Assembly: GCF_001194135.2 (NCBI RefSeq)
Contig: NC_068999.1
Location: 7,598,168 to 7,662,167, forward strand
DNA from: Octopus bimaculoides
Taxonomy: Eukaryota
DNA length: 64,000 nt
Direction: 5' to 3'
Positions 12,864 to 26,122 of this stretch are shown here, one piece after another (position 1 is the first letter of the stretch; each line of letters starts with the position of its first letter). The notes below the pieces were generated by a model. It worked only from the letters and a program-made list of their open reading frames with translations. It ran no database searches and was not told where the DNA came from. The position numbers were made by a program, and so were the translations under genes.

Positions 12864-13868
12864 GTGAGTGTGTGTGTGTGTATGCATATATGCATATATT
12901 TATATATGTATTATATGTATGCATATATGCGTTTGTATCTATTACATATTGTGTATACATAAATACACACACACACACACATACGCACACACACATACAC
13001 ACACGCACACACACATATATATATGCAGCTGAAAGAGCTGCATGCACACATGTTAACGCATGCACATAAATGCTGGCATGCTTTTGTGAACGACTACATG
13101 AACAGCATGCACTAAAGTAAACACACGTAAGATTTTCTATTTGAATGCAAGCCGGACATAAATATAGATTTTACATAGAATTTCTCTATGAATGAGTAGA
13201 AATAGCAACATAAATTATGTTCCATTTCAAATGAATAGCTGCAATTGGCAGTTCCTGTTATACGAGATGACGAAATTGTGAAGAATTGACATTTTTGAAC
13301 AATTTTTGATTGTAGTTCTCTTGCAAACAGTGGCGCTATGTAATAGAGAAATATAATCGAGTGAACAAAAACATTCTCTTCGTGCTATTCAAGTACGGTT
13401 CGTACGTACGTATGGAAGCAGAAGTAGTTGCGTACATTTCAAGACACTTTCTTAGCGTTGTGGTTTCGGATTCAGACCCACTACGCCACAACTGGGGAAA
13501 TCCTCTTCTGCTCTAGTCTCGAATAATCGTAACAATGTAGAATGTAGATGCCTGTTCATCGTCAAGTTTTATTTATTCCTGCTGTATAATTTCATACATC
13601 ATATACTTATAGATGTTTGACCTACACGTGTTTCCACTGCACGTGGCAAGTGCATGTAGTTGCATGTGCAACTGCACAGGCATTTGCACATACAACGATC
13701 TAGTGATTCAGCAAAAGAATCGGGAGAATCCGTGTTAGGTTTAACAAAATTATGCTAGAAGACCATCTATGGTCTGACCACTAAGAAAAGATTGTACTCA
13801 AGAAAATTCAGCAAACGCCAGAACGTAAGCGAGCAAGACAAATGAAAAGATACAAAATATAAAGATAA

Positions 13869-13927
13869 ATCACAGACCGGTTTCGTTGTTACCACTTACG
13901 TAAATGTCCGTAACTCATCAGTGTAAT
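13869..13927 (-). ncRNA. Type I hammerhead ribozyme motif
   Basis: attaca-CTGATGA-gttac...gtaacaac-GAAA-ccgg-TC-tgtgat: 6-bp helix I, canonical core, long helix II, palindromic helix III, GUC cleavage triplet. Confidence 0.8.
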
Positions 13928-14194
13928 CGTCATAGCAATATAATTTGCAGACCTGTTTATGAGACGTCCGCATGAGATTGAACATGTATATAGTTCTACC
14001 AATTACATGTGGGTTTATATTTCGTCCACTTAGTGGTCATTCTTTTTATATGTATGTAATATAATTTTTGTGAATCTTCAGCTCTTTCAATATGCTAGGC
14101 GACTGGTTTTAAATTGATATTAATGAAATTAATATTCAATTTTTCACCCTTATTTAAATTTAAATATCTCTTCCGATATACGTATTCTTTTATT

Positions 14195-14348
14195 TGTTTC
14201 AGCCATTTGACTGCGACCCTGCTGGAGTACTGCTTTCAGTCGAACAAATCAACCCTAGGACTATAGAAGAAAACACTTGCGCAAGGTGCCACGCAGTGCG
14301 ACAGAACCCGGAACCATGTGGTTAGTAAGCAACCTACTTACCACACAG

Positions 14349-14351
<3 letters not shown>
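14195..14351. mobile_element. Adjacent SINE fragments (plus-strand 3' piece and minus-strand tRNA-like head)
   Basis: Minus head GTGGCTGTGTGGTAAG...GGTTCCGGGTTC at 14262-14351. Confidence 0.7.
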
Positions 14352-14436
<85 letters not shown>

Positions 14437-14824
14437 ACACAGATATGCTTATATGTATATTCAGCTTTGATAAGCAACGAATTCAAAAGGTACATTCGTT
14501 AAATATCATTGACTTTTGTAGTGAAAAATTCAAACACAAATATTTACTGGAATTACCAAGAAGAGAACGCGCTTCCTTCACAGAAAGCGTGTCTTAAAGA
14601 TTGATGATCCGATCAAGATAATTTCTAAACTATCGATCAAAATGTCAAAGTAGATTTCTCGATAGTCAATTGAAGGAAAACTAAAAGCATCCGACACTTA
14701 TGCTTTTTGAATAGAAACTACGAGAACTCGAGGCATTTTTTTGTTTAATTTACTTACGCCGTTATTTTATTTATTTAAGGTAAATTTAAGTCTGATGCAA
14801 TACGATGACCTATGGGGATGTTAA

Positions 14825-14865
14825 GCATATTGACGACTAGAACGATGACGACGATGTTGATGATA

Positions 14866-14897
<32 letters not shown>

Positions 14898-15064
14898 CAT
14901 GATGATGGTGATGACGTCGACATGACTGACGATAACGACGATTGTGATAATCGTGAGATGACAACGAAGATGCCGGTGATAATGATGATGATGACGATGA
15001 CGATGATGGTGATGACGATGACGATGATGATGATGACGATGATGATGACGATGATGATGATGAC

Positions 15065-15096
<32 letters not shown>

Positions 15097-15200
15097 CGAT
15101 GATGATGATGACGATGATGATGATGATGATGATAATGATGACGATGATGATGATGATGATGATGACGATGATGATGATGACGATGATGATGATGTTGTCT
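14825..15200. repeat. Compound (GAT/GAC)n trinucleotide tract
   Basis: Directly visible. Confidence 0.95.
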
Positions 15201-16239
15201 ACGACGATGGTATTCGTAATGTTAATAGCATTGTACTTTTAGTGTACAACAATGTGGGCTGTTTATCAATTTCAAATCTTACAGTGTTGTACAAGAAGCA
15301 AATATAATTATGTTATCTTCGATGCATTTCGTAGGAAGTATTTTGTTTCATGAAAGCATCATTTCCGGTTTTTTCTTTGAAGTCTGTCTGAAAACAAAGA
15401 TAGTTTGAAAGTTCGTAATAAGAATTTCCGGTGTATTTATGTTTTTTTTTTTCGCGATGGAAAGAAGCACTGAAATTTGGTAGAAGTTTCTTCTCTCGTT
15501 CGTAGCCAACTGGTGCAGAATAAAACTTTAGAACATATCTATAATTGTAGTATTGGATCATGTTTTAAATGTAGAATAGCATTTCTTGCGTTATTCCGCT
15601 GGTTGTCATTCACGAAATTTCCGTAGTATGTTCAGGAAATTTGTGAAACCATTGATACATTTTATTCTATACTTTTAATCGGAAGAAAGTCACAAAAGTG
15701 GGTCAAAGGCCGAGTATTTCAGCCACGGTTCTTCTCAAACTGACTTCATGACCGGTATCTCTGGTGAAAAGAAAATAGCTTTCGTTATTTTTATAGAAAT
15801 TTGTATTGCAGAGAATTTCATACGTGCTCCAGGCCAAACAAAGCCTTGTTAGTGGATGTAGAGGACGGAAACTGTATAGAAGTCGTGTCGTATATAAGTG
15901 TTCGTGGTTGTGCTTCATAAATTACATTGGTTTTTATTTAGGTCGCTGTAAACTTGTGACTCGGCGATAAAAAGCGTTAGAATAACAACTAGATTGTAAA
16001 TAAGTACTGGAGTGGAATTGTGTGATTAAAACCTTTAATATGATGCTCCAGAATGGCCAGAACGCAGTGACTGACAGAAGAAAAACATAAACGATTAAAG
16101 ATTAGAGTCAGAACTCCATATTCTGTGTGTTTTATTTAAGATGGCATGGTGTAAATTGAAAGGGATTTTGCTTGCTGCTTTTAACTGTTTAGACTTCAGC
16201 ATTGATGATCTCTCGTTGACATGTTATGGACAGTTTTAC

Positions 16240-16363
16240 CTCGTATGGAAAATCTGGTGTTCTATACGCCACCTTAGAATCTTCATTTTCGTTTCTGCTG
16301 TTGTCGATGTTGTTCATGTTGCTATTATTGCTGTCAGGAAAAAGATCGCTGAGCTGATAGAAT
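16240..16363 (-). CDS. Candidate exon (FYQLSDLFPDSNNSNMNNIDNSRNENEDSKVAYRTPDFPYE)
   Basis: Open frame, donor GAG|GTAAAA, tandem acceptors giving starts at 16363 or 16353. Could instead be decayed element sequence. Confidence 0.25.
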
Positions 16364-16752
16364 CTTTAGAATGCCTGGCCAAAATGCTTTGTGGGATTAT
16401 TCTTCCGTGCCTTTATGTTCTGTGTTTAAATATTGCTGAGGTCAGGTCAACTATTGTTTTCATTCTTACAGTATCGAACAAATGAAGGCAACGGTCATGA
16501 ACTGCGGTTGATATAATCGGTCAAAACCTAGCGTTTCTTTGCTTCAATATTGTTATAGACTGAACAATATTATGTTCAGTCTATAATATCCCATAAGATT
16601 CTGTAACAATAAGAGCGACAACGAAAACGACATAACAACAACAACAACAACAACAACAACAGCAGCAGTAGCAGCAACAACAAAAACAACAATAATAATA
16701 ATAAACCTTTCTACAAAACGCACAAGGCCTGAAATTTGTGGAGAGGGGACAG

Positions 16753-17029
16753 GTTAGTTCAGGAAGTTAAGCAGTTATAGCCGATAAAAATGGTAGCAGT
16801 AGTGCCAAAAATTTTCGGAGCCCTGAGAAGAGTGAAGAAAAATCTCGAGAAGTATTGTGGAAAAAATAGGGGCTGTAATAAAGGTAGAGCACTTGCAGAA
16901 AACAGCACTGCTTGGAACCACTCGAATACTCCGGAAGGTGCTCGAAAAATAAGAGGTCTTATGTTAGTTCACTGGTAGTGAACAGCTGACACCGTAGTAC
17001 ATCACCAGCGTTAGAAGCTGTGCAAAGGC

Positions 17030-17100
<71 letters not shown>
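16753..17100 (+). mobile_element. R4/Dong-like (RLE) non-LTR retrotransposon 3' end with (TAA)n tail
   Basis: Encodes ..VEHLQKTALLGTTRILRKVL; homologous to 17979-18250; ends TGTGCAAAGGC(AAT)n. Confidence 0.8.
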
Positions 17101-17218
17101 GCCTTTCTACTAAAGGCAGAAGGCCTGTTATTTTGGGGAGAGAACAAGTCGATCATATCGACTCTAGTGTTCCATTGGTACTCAATTTATCGTCCCCGTT
17201 AGGATGAAAGGTAAAGTC

Positions 17219-17220
<2 letters not shown>
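17101..17220 (-). mobile_element. SINE 3' half
   Basis: Reverse complement of GACTTT.CCTTTCATCCT...GATAAATT.AGTACCA...GTCGAT family seen at 30170-30375. Confidence 0.75.
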
Positions 17221-17271
<51 letters not shown>

Positions 17272-17689
17272 GAAGAAGAAGAAGAAGACGGAGAAGAAGA
17301 AGATAAAATTTCTGGAAGGAATCACTTCCTTCTCTAATCTCTATTCAAGTGAAAGTTAAAAATGTTCATGAAGGCTTGACCAAAGAGGAGAATATCTGTC
17401 TTCAGTATTGGCTTTGAAACTTCCGTAATCGTTGTGAATCAATAATTCATTCCTGTGTTTGATCAATTCTCCGATTTTGTTCAGTTGGAGAATTGGTGAT
17501 TTATTTTCTATTCCGTATAATACGGCTGCCACAAGCAAACAGATATCCTCTTCTGTTGGTACCACTTCTTCGTTAATTTAACCTTCGTCCGACCGAGGTT
17601 TGTCTGACAGAATTGGTGGAAGGAACGGTTCTGTCACCACGATGAACCCATGATGGCTATTTTTGGTGCCTTCTATTATATGTATCTGG

Positions 17690-17870
17690 GACGAATTGCT
17701 TAGTGGTACTTTGCTCGTCGATACATTCTGAGTTCAAATTCCGTCAAGGTCGACTTTGCCTTTCATCCTTTTCAGGGTCGATAAAATAAGTAACAGTTGA
17801 ATACAGGGGGTCGATATAATCAACACATTCTCTCACCGAAAATTGATGCCTTTTTGGAAAAATTTGAAAC
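17690..17870 (+). mobile_element. SINE (5'-truncated)
   Basis: TTCTGAGTTCAAATTCCG.CAAGGTCGACTTTGCCTTTCATCCTTT...GGGTCGATAAAATAAGTA. Confidence 0.8.
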
Positions 17871-17936
17871 TCTTCTTCTTCTTCTTCTTCTTCTTCTTCT
17901 TCTTCTTCTTCTTCTTCTTCTTCTTCTTCTTCTTCT

Positions 17937-17937
17937 C

Positions 17938-17969
<32 letters not shown>

Positions 17970-18440
17970 CATCATCATTTACTGTCTTTGCACAGCTCCT
18001 AATGCTGGAGATGTACTACAGTGCCAGCTGTTCACTACCACTGATCTAAGGTAGCACCCCCTTTTTTTTTTCGAGGCAATCCGGAGTATCCGAGCGGTCC
18101 CACGCAGTGCTGTTTTCTGCAAGTGCTCCACCCTTATTACAACCTCTATTTCTTCCTTGTACTTCGCAATATTTTTACTCACTGTTTCCACAGTTCCGAC
18201 AATTATTGATACTACTACTGCTACTACCTTTTTCATCGACCACAACTGCTTAACCTCCCAAGCTAACCTATCAAATCTATCGACATTTCTTTCTTCCTTA
18301 TCGCATACCTTGTTGTCACCTGGGCATACTACATCTATAATCCAGCATCGTTAGCTTTCTTTCTGAATTAACACTATGTCTGCTTTCCTATTCTTTATCT
18401 CATGGTCGCACTGAATCATAAATCCCAGAGGATCTTTGCA
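17937..18440 (-). mobile_element. R4/Dong-like non-LTR retrotransposon, RLE domain and 3' end with (TGA)n tail
   Basis: Minus translation IQCDHEIKNRKADIVLIQKES.RCWIIDVVCPGDNKVCDKEEE...LAWEVKQLWSMKKV...VEHLQKTALRGTARILR matches the PD-(D/E)xK restriction-like endonuclease C-terminus. Confidence 0.88.
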
Positions 18441-18490
18441 TTATCATTTTCAACGATGTCATAAAATCCTGTAGGATCTTTACATTATCA

Positions 18491-18540
<50 letters not shown>

Positions 18541-18785
18541 GTAGTAGTAGTAGTAGTAATAGTAGTAGTAATAGTAGCTTTACTTCTCGTAGCAATACTA
18601 GTTAATGCTGTATACAGTCAGAAGCTTAAGGCTTGCGGAAGAGTTTATGTAATCGAATGGTGTTACGTTCGTGGTTTTTATTTTGTCTTAAGATTATTTG
18701 AGTGTTTCGTGACCTAAGTGAAGTGAATTGAAAATGGCTAACAATTGGATATAGGGTCTTGGACTTGGCTTGGCACGAAGCTTAC

Positions 18786-18809
18786 CTCAGCTCTTCATAT
18801 TTCAACATA
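18786..18809 (-). CDS. Candidate 24-nt microexon (T ATG TTG AAA TAT GAA GAG CTG AG; MLKYEEL)
   Basis: Strong acceptor (ttttattatgtcctcccgtcag|) and donor (GAG|GTAAGC); open only in phase 2-2, compatible with the 16363 acceptor. Confidence 0.3.
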
Positions 18810-19040
18810 CTGACGGGAGGACATAATAAAATGATAGAAAACAAAGCTATACCGTAATAGTATAAGAAAACTAAATATAAACATGAAAAAAAAAGAAGAA
18901 AAATAGAAAAGACAGAAAAGAAACAAGCAAATCACTGAATCGGTTGAGAGATGTAAAATGTCAGTCAGAATTACTGCAATGTCTTATAGTGTTAACAAAT
19001 AACGTGAGATCGCATAGATTCCGCTGAAGATGAAGATTGA

Positions 19041-19067
19041 GGGTTGGGGTCTGGCGGGGGTGGGGGG
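19041..19067 (+). other. Putative G-quadruplex
   Basis: GGG-TT-GGGG-TCTGGC-GGGGG-T-GGGGGG. Confidence 0.6.
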
Positions 19068-19238
19068 ATGACGAGGAAGAAGAAATAAAGAGAAGAAGCA
19101 ACTTTCATAAATGAATTCCTTTAGAAAGTGTAAATGTGAGAAGGATTCTGTGAGAGAAAGAGAGAGAACGTTAACTCGCAATACGTACATACATACATAC
19201 ATACATCCATACATACATACATACACACATACATACAT

Positions 19239-19277
<39 letters not shown>

Positions 19278-19531
19278 AAACACTTATATAATATGATACA
19301 TATAATATATATTAATATGATATATATATATAATATGTATATAATTTATATAATATTATATAACACATATACATATATTACACTTATTCATATTATATCA
19401 CAAAGAGGGAAAGAGATTTCAGAAATAAACGCATACACACACACGCAAACTCTGTCTTTCTCTGTCTCTCTCACGCACACATGCACGCACGGAAACGCAC
19501 ACAGACACACACACACACACTCGTGTACAAG

Positions 19532-19584
<53 letters not shown>

Positions 19585-19589
19585 AACTG

Positions 19590-19633
<44 letters not shown>

Positions 19634-20514
19634 GAAGGTGGGTAAGGAATTTAAAAGAACGTGATAACGTGAAACGAAAAACCAAACAAACAAAAGAATT
19701 CTCCACACAACAATAACGACAATAGCATTGGAGATATAATATTGAGGGAAAAAAAAAACAACACAGAAAACCAAAAAAAAAAACAAACAAATAAAAAAAC
19801 AAAGAGAAAACGAAGAGAAAAACTATCAATAAATAAATACTCAAAGAAAGCAATAGACTTCATGGTTTTTATTTGTTCTGCTAAAATATTACTTTGCGAG
19901 ATATGCCAAACTATCGAATTGGTATTTATAGAACTGTTGGGGTTTCTTCGCCTTTTTCTACCTACTCTCGCTCTCTCTCTCGCTCTCTTTCCCTTTCTCT
20001 AAATGCTATTTATGTGTGTGTGAATGTGTGTGTAGTGTGTGTGAGGAAGTGAGAGAGGGAGAGATAGAGATGAAATGTAAGCAACGCCCGTCAGTAACAA
20101 CATAGAAATCAAAGAACATTGCACTTTAGAACATAGACAAAACACCGAAAACATTCTAGTGAGAGGCTTTGTCTGTTTTAATCTTCCACTTGACTGCTGC
20201 TTTACTTAATTGGCCACCGGATAGATTGACTGCAAAGTTGATCTTTGTGGAACTTGAAATCAGAAAGTAGTAGAAAAAATCCGATCAAATCCCGCAAAAG
20301 CAAATTTTTCCGACCAACTCTCGATCCATTGGCTTCTAACAAACCGTTAAAAATAAAAGCATAATTGAGGTATAATACGCGTTATTACTCTTTTAGTCTT
20401 TTACTAGTTTCAGTCATTTGACTGTGGCCATGCTGGCCAAAATGAAAAGCTCTACTTTCTATTTTGTCCCCTCTGTTTTCAGCCCTGTGTGGCCAATAAA
20501 GAAACATATCTATC

Positions 20515-20550
<36 letters not shown>

Positions 20551-21352
20551 TTTACTATAAGTGTGTTTATATGTGATAGTCTGTTTTTGAAACGCAAGCG
20601 CGTTACACTGTTAATATTATTCGAAAGTTAGTTTAATAATAATAAGTGAACATTCACTGGTGATGTAGTAAAATGAAATACATTACAAAGTGTTCATTGG
20701 AATATGAAGAGTCGCCAACGGCTTACTCTACAAACGTACGCAAACACGAGCTAATACATTAACCCATATACGTACACATAGGCGTTAGAATTTTGCAAAG
20801 CAACCATGCGCATATATATATANNNNNNNNNNNNNNNNNNNNNNNNNNNNNNNNNNNNNNNNNNNNNNNNNNNNNNNNNNNNNNNNNNNNNNNNNNNNNN
20901 NNNNNNNNNNNNNNNNNNNNNNNNNNNNNNNNNNNNNNNNNNNNNNNNNNNNNNNNNNNNNNNNNNNNNNNNNNNNNNNNNNNNNNNNNNNNNNNNNNNN
21001 NNNNNNNAAAGATAATTATTCATTAAATGACTTTCAATGAAAAATATTTTGCTCAGTCTAGAGAATATAAACTCTTTTAATTTCATGGTAGTCCAGTTGG
21101 CACACCATCGTAAGCACACACATGCACACACTCATACACACGCACGCACGCACACACACGCACACACACATACACACACACACACACACTCACACACACA
21201 CGCACATGCACTCAGAACACACACACACATGCACATGCACGCGGCTAACTAAGAATTCATTACAATAACCATTACACATCAAGTCTAATAAATAGCAGAA
21301 AGATATTTAGACAAAATGTGTCCAAGCTATCACTCTGCCTATCTGTCGTCCC

Positions 21353-21440
<88 letters not shown>

Positions 21441-22065
21441 GTCTATCTGTCTATATGTCTATCTAATTACCTACCTATCTATACAATTTCATATACGGGT
21501 GAAATACACGTTCGTGATGCTTGAGCACTTATAGACACGGTAGGAGATACAAACATGTTTTGCAAACTGATGTCCTTGTGGCAAGTAAATGCACTACAAT
21601 GATAGAAACGCTTCCATGTAATCCACCATTATGTCGGGGTTACAAAGTGTTGCACAGCTGAGCTTGTTCTGTTTCTATTGGTATGGTACCGCAACCATTT
21701 TAGATAGATAGACAGACCTAGGGTTATAGTAATTCTAAATAAATAGATAGAAAGATAGAAAAAGAAAGATAAATATATAGATAAATAGATAGTTAGATAT
21801 AAATAGGTAGGTATATAGATAGATAAATGGATAGATAGATAGATATATAGATAAATAGATAGATAGATAGATAGATGGATGGATAATCAGATATACTTTG
21901 GCGTACGATATAACTGGCTGCCATATTTAGTGTTAAGACAGAATTATAAAAAATTATATTTTCTACCGAGTACAATCCACTTAAAGCCGTTTTCTTCAAT
22001 CTCATTTACTTGGCTTAGATATCGATTCGCTCCGAGTACTAGTTTTTACACATATCTTTTTCCTA

Positions 22066-22142
<77 letters not shown>

Positions 22143-22480
22143 NNNNNNNNNNNNNNNNNNNNNNNNNNNNNNNNNNNNNNNNNNNNNNNNNNNNNNNNNN
22201 NNNNNNNNNNNNNNNNNNNNNNNNNNNNNNNNNNNNNNNNNNNNNNNNNNNNNNNNNNNNNNNNNNNNNNNNNNNNNNNNNNNNNNNNNNNNNNNNNNNN
22301 NNNNNNNNNNNNNNNNNNNNNNNNNNNNNNNNNNNNNNNNNNNNNNNNNNNNNNNNNNNNNNNNNNNNNNNNNNNNNNNNNNNNNNNNNNNNNNNNNNNN
22401 NNNNNNNNNNNNNNNNNNNNNNNNNNNNNNNNNNNNNNNNNNNNNNNNNNNNNNNNNNNNNNNNNNNNNNNNNNNNNNNN

Positions 22481-22526
<46 letters not shown>

Positions 22527-22889
22527 TGCAAATTTATCTGTATATGCAAATGTTTCCGTTACACACACTCACCCATACGCATACACAGAAGCAAATATAA
22601 TTGCTTGTATATGAATCCATATGTGATATTTCTTATACATGTGTCATAGCTAATTATTTGTGTTCTATTTATTAAGTTCTTACCTACAGACACAAAAGCA
22701 CATTCCCACACCCCAATGCGCACATGTAGCTCACCCCCACAGACAAAGATTGAGATGCGCACACACATACATATGTGCTTGAGTGTGTCGATAACTCGTG
22801 ATTCTGTTTAAGTTTATCTAAGTCGTACAAGTAACCGCCTTACCGTATATTTGACACATATACACATATCCACCTACTCAGCTCTATCA

Positions 22890-22953
<64 letters not shown>

Positions 22954-23017
22954 GTCTGTCTATCTGTTTGACTGTCTTTTTATCTATCTGTAGTGCATGT
23001 GTATATGTACATTTATG

Positions 23018-23063
<46 letters not shown>

Positions 23064-25196
23064 ATATATATATAATATATATGTACGTATAAATAAGTGC
23101 ATATAAGTATATTCCTTTCTGTCTATCTCTCCATTTCTCTATAAAAATGTGTACGTGCCTGTCTGTCTGTCTGTCTGTCTGTCGCTCTTTGTCTATCCCT
23201 CCAACTCTCTCTCTATTCCCATATCTATGTCGATATGTTTACAAATCGCACATCGTATTGATTTTCTTTTCTTTGGTTTTTTTTTTTTGTTTTCATACTC
23301 CTGTTTCATTGTTATCTGCACCATAATTATCAACATGATATCATTTTTGTTTAATTTCAAATTGCCTTTACACCTTAATCCTATCTGGAGATCTGAAGTG
23401 TTATAAAGGATCATTTTGTATGTGACAGTCATATCTATTTATATAATACGTATATGAATTAAAATCACTGTTTTTCTTTTTATTAACATTATGTTTCCCT
23501 TAACATTATTTTTTTTTATTGAGCAATGGCAAAACGATAATATCAAATTATTTTCTGAAATTCATCATAAAATCTTATTTGCCCATGATTGTAAGTAGTT
23601 TTAACTGAATAAATATTTAGCCTATAAAATTTAATATTAGAAAATAATGGAAGGATAAAAATATTGTTGGCAATTTGATGATATATCATAGAATTAATGT
23701 CTGAATATATCTGTTGAATTGCAATAATGTGGATCGTTTTTGTCATTTTAGACTTAAATTATGTATGTAGTTATTTTGACGAAATATCTCTACAGTAAAG
23801 GCGCCGAATTAATTGTTTAAATATATATTTTGTATTCTTATTGGTACACCATAATGTTGTCGGTTCAAGGTTTATAGCAGAGCAATAACAAGATTAATGC
23901 ATTTCTGATTGATAGGGACAAATCAAAGTTTGTGACACATTTGGAAAAGGGACTTCGTTTAAAGAGACACAACTTCTCGATTATTTCATTGATGTTTTGT
24001 AACCTTATTTGTGAGACATTTTCATTATGTTTAAATACATATATAAATAACATCCTCAATTGTACACACACAGACAGATATACAGACACACACACATCAC
24101 ACATACAGACACATACACACAAACGGACACACATACGGATATACGTACATGAACATACACACAGACTTGCTTATATACACACACATGCCTATATACAAAC
24201 ATATGCATGCATAAATACATAACGAACAGATGAATTCTGAGGTTTAACAGTTTTCTTGAATGCTCACAGAATTACGGCCTGGTTATTGCAATTATCGCCT
24301 GAAGATTTGCAATCAGGACTAATTAATAGTAATTAATACTCATTAATTTAATCTGAGTTTGATCACATATACGACAAAAAAAATCAAAAATAGCTTTGTG
24401 TATTAGCTACCCATGTCAATATTTCAGTTCAAATAACAGCAGAAGGAACTGCAAGAATTGTTTTCCAGACTTTAAGAAAAACGATATCAGCCTGTAATTG
24501 TTCTTGGCATTTTTTGTGGCCACATGATGATAAATCCGTCGGTGCACCAGCATGGCCAAAATCAAATGACTGAAATGAATAAAAGAACAAAAGAAAGAGT
24601 TGATATACTGTAATAAAGTGAAGGTGGCAGGCCAGAATGAACGAACTTATTTATAATTAAGGGAAAGCGAATTTAAGGGAAGGTATATACAACACACATA
24701 TTCTTTTCGACACCTCCGCTTTATTTCATGCTAGCGTATATGTTATATAGTTTAAATATATCAAGTCTATCTCATCAGACAACTTAACAGAAACGTCGTG
24801 CGCGTGCACATACATACATACATACATACGTACATATGTATATGAGTTTGCGTGTGNNNNNNNNNNATATATACATATACAGATGTGTATGTATATATAT
24901 ATATAAAATATATATACATATACAGATGTGCATGCATATATATGTGTATGAATGTATGTACGTATATATGGATGTATATATGTATGTACATATGTATGCA
25001 TGTATGTATGTACGTATGTATTTCGTATGCTTATATGTATTAAAAAATAAGAAGAATGGTTTTAAAACTGAGCTAATCTTTATATATATAAATATATCTG
25101 AATAAGACACGTCATATTGCTTTAACATACGAGGTAAATATTTCTTATTATTTCTCTCCCTCTTTCTGTCTCTTTCTTTCTTTCTTTCTTTCTTTG

Positions 25197-25245
<49 letters not shown>

Positions 25246-25280
25246 CTCTGATTTTCTCTCTCTCTCTCTCTGTGCGTGTG

Positions 25281-25312
<32 letters not shown>

Positions 25313-25763
25313 TATATATGAGAGTGAGAGGGAGAGTAAAAGTACAAATATGTTTTCGCCTAACAAATGTTTTCAGATAATAGATTTACTGTAAAATATT
25401 AGTGTATGTTCATACAAGATAAGTTCATACAAGATAAGTTTTACACAACACAAACACAGCCACATATATTGAAAGAATGTCACAGATTACTGAGACGTAT
25501 AAAAGAAGTTTTACTGAACAAAATTTGATGTATGACGTAGGCCAAACGATGTTTTGTTGTGGAACAAACATCATATATTACTGATTGACTGGAATCGCTT
25601 TACTAACGTTTAAGATGTGCTTTTTCAATGTGTTTTCAGGCATTGACTGTCGTCGTGTACTTACAATAATCATTTCCAGCACATATACATATATTACAGC
25701 GAGGTTTCTGTTTAATTGCTTTGGTGCTCTCTCTCTCTCTTTCTCTCTGTCTCTGTCTCTGTC

Positions 25764-25856
<93 letters not shown>

Positions 25857-26056
25857 GTAAATGTCGAACAATGAGGATGAGTGCTCAGCACAGTATTGGT
25901 GGATAACATTTCTTTATTTTTGTATTAAGGCTAGCATTGGTTTTATGTTACGAAAAATATCTTAATATCTTAACACTTTTTCAAGCCGATCGCGTGGAGG
26001 AATCATGTTCGTCTCGATTTTGAAGACGAACACCCTAAACAGATAGGAAGATAGAC

Positions 26057-26122
<66 letters not shown>

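Noticed and set aside
13900-13952. Apparent exon VCKLYCYDDYTDELRTFT that neatly linked 16240 and 12607
   Set aside because: It overlaps the hammerhead core and helix II (13869-13927); the donor lies inside the ribozyme hairpin, so it is better explained as repeat sequence.
16141-16485. 114-aa hydrophobic plus-strand ORF
   Set aside because: No recognisable motif or splice support; its hydrophobicity reflects T-rich sequence complementary to the A-rich minus strand.
24700-24780. CTGATGA on the minus strand at 24772, and CTGATGA at 59838(+)
   Set aside because: No properly placed GAAA-helix III-NUH and no helix I complementarity, so not counted as hammerheads.
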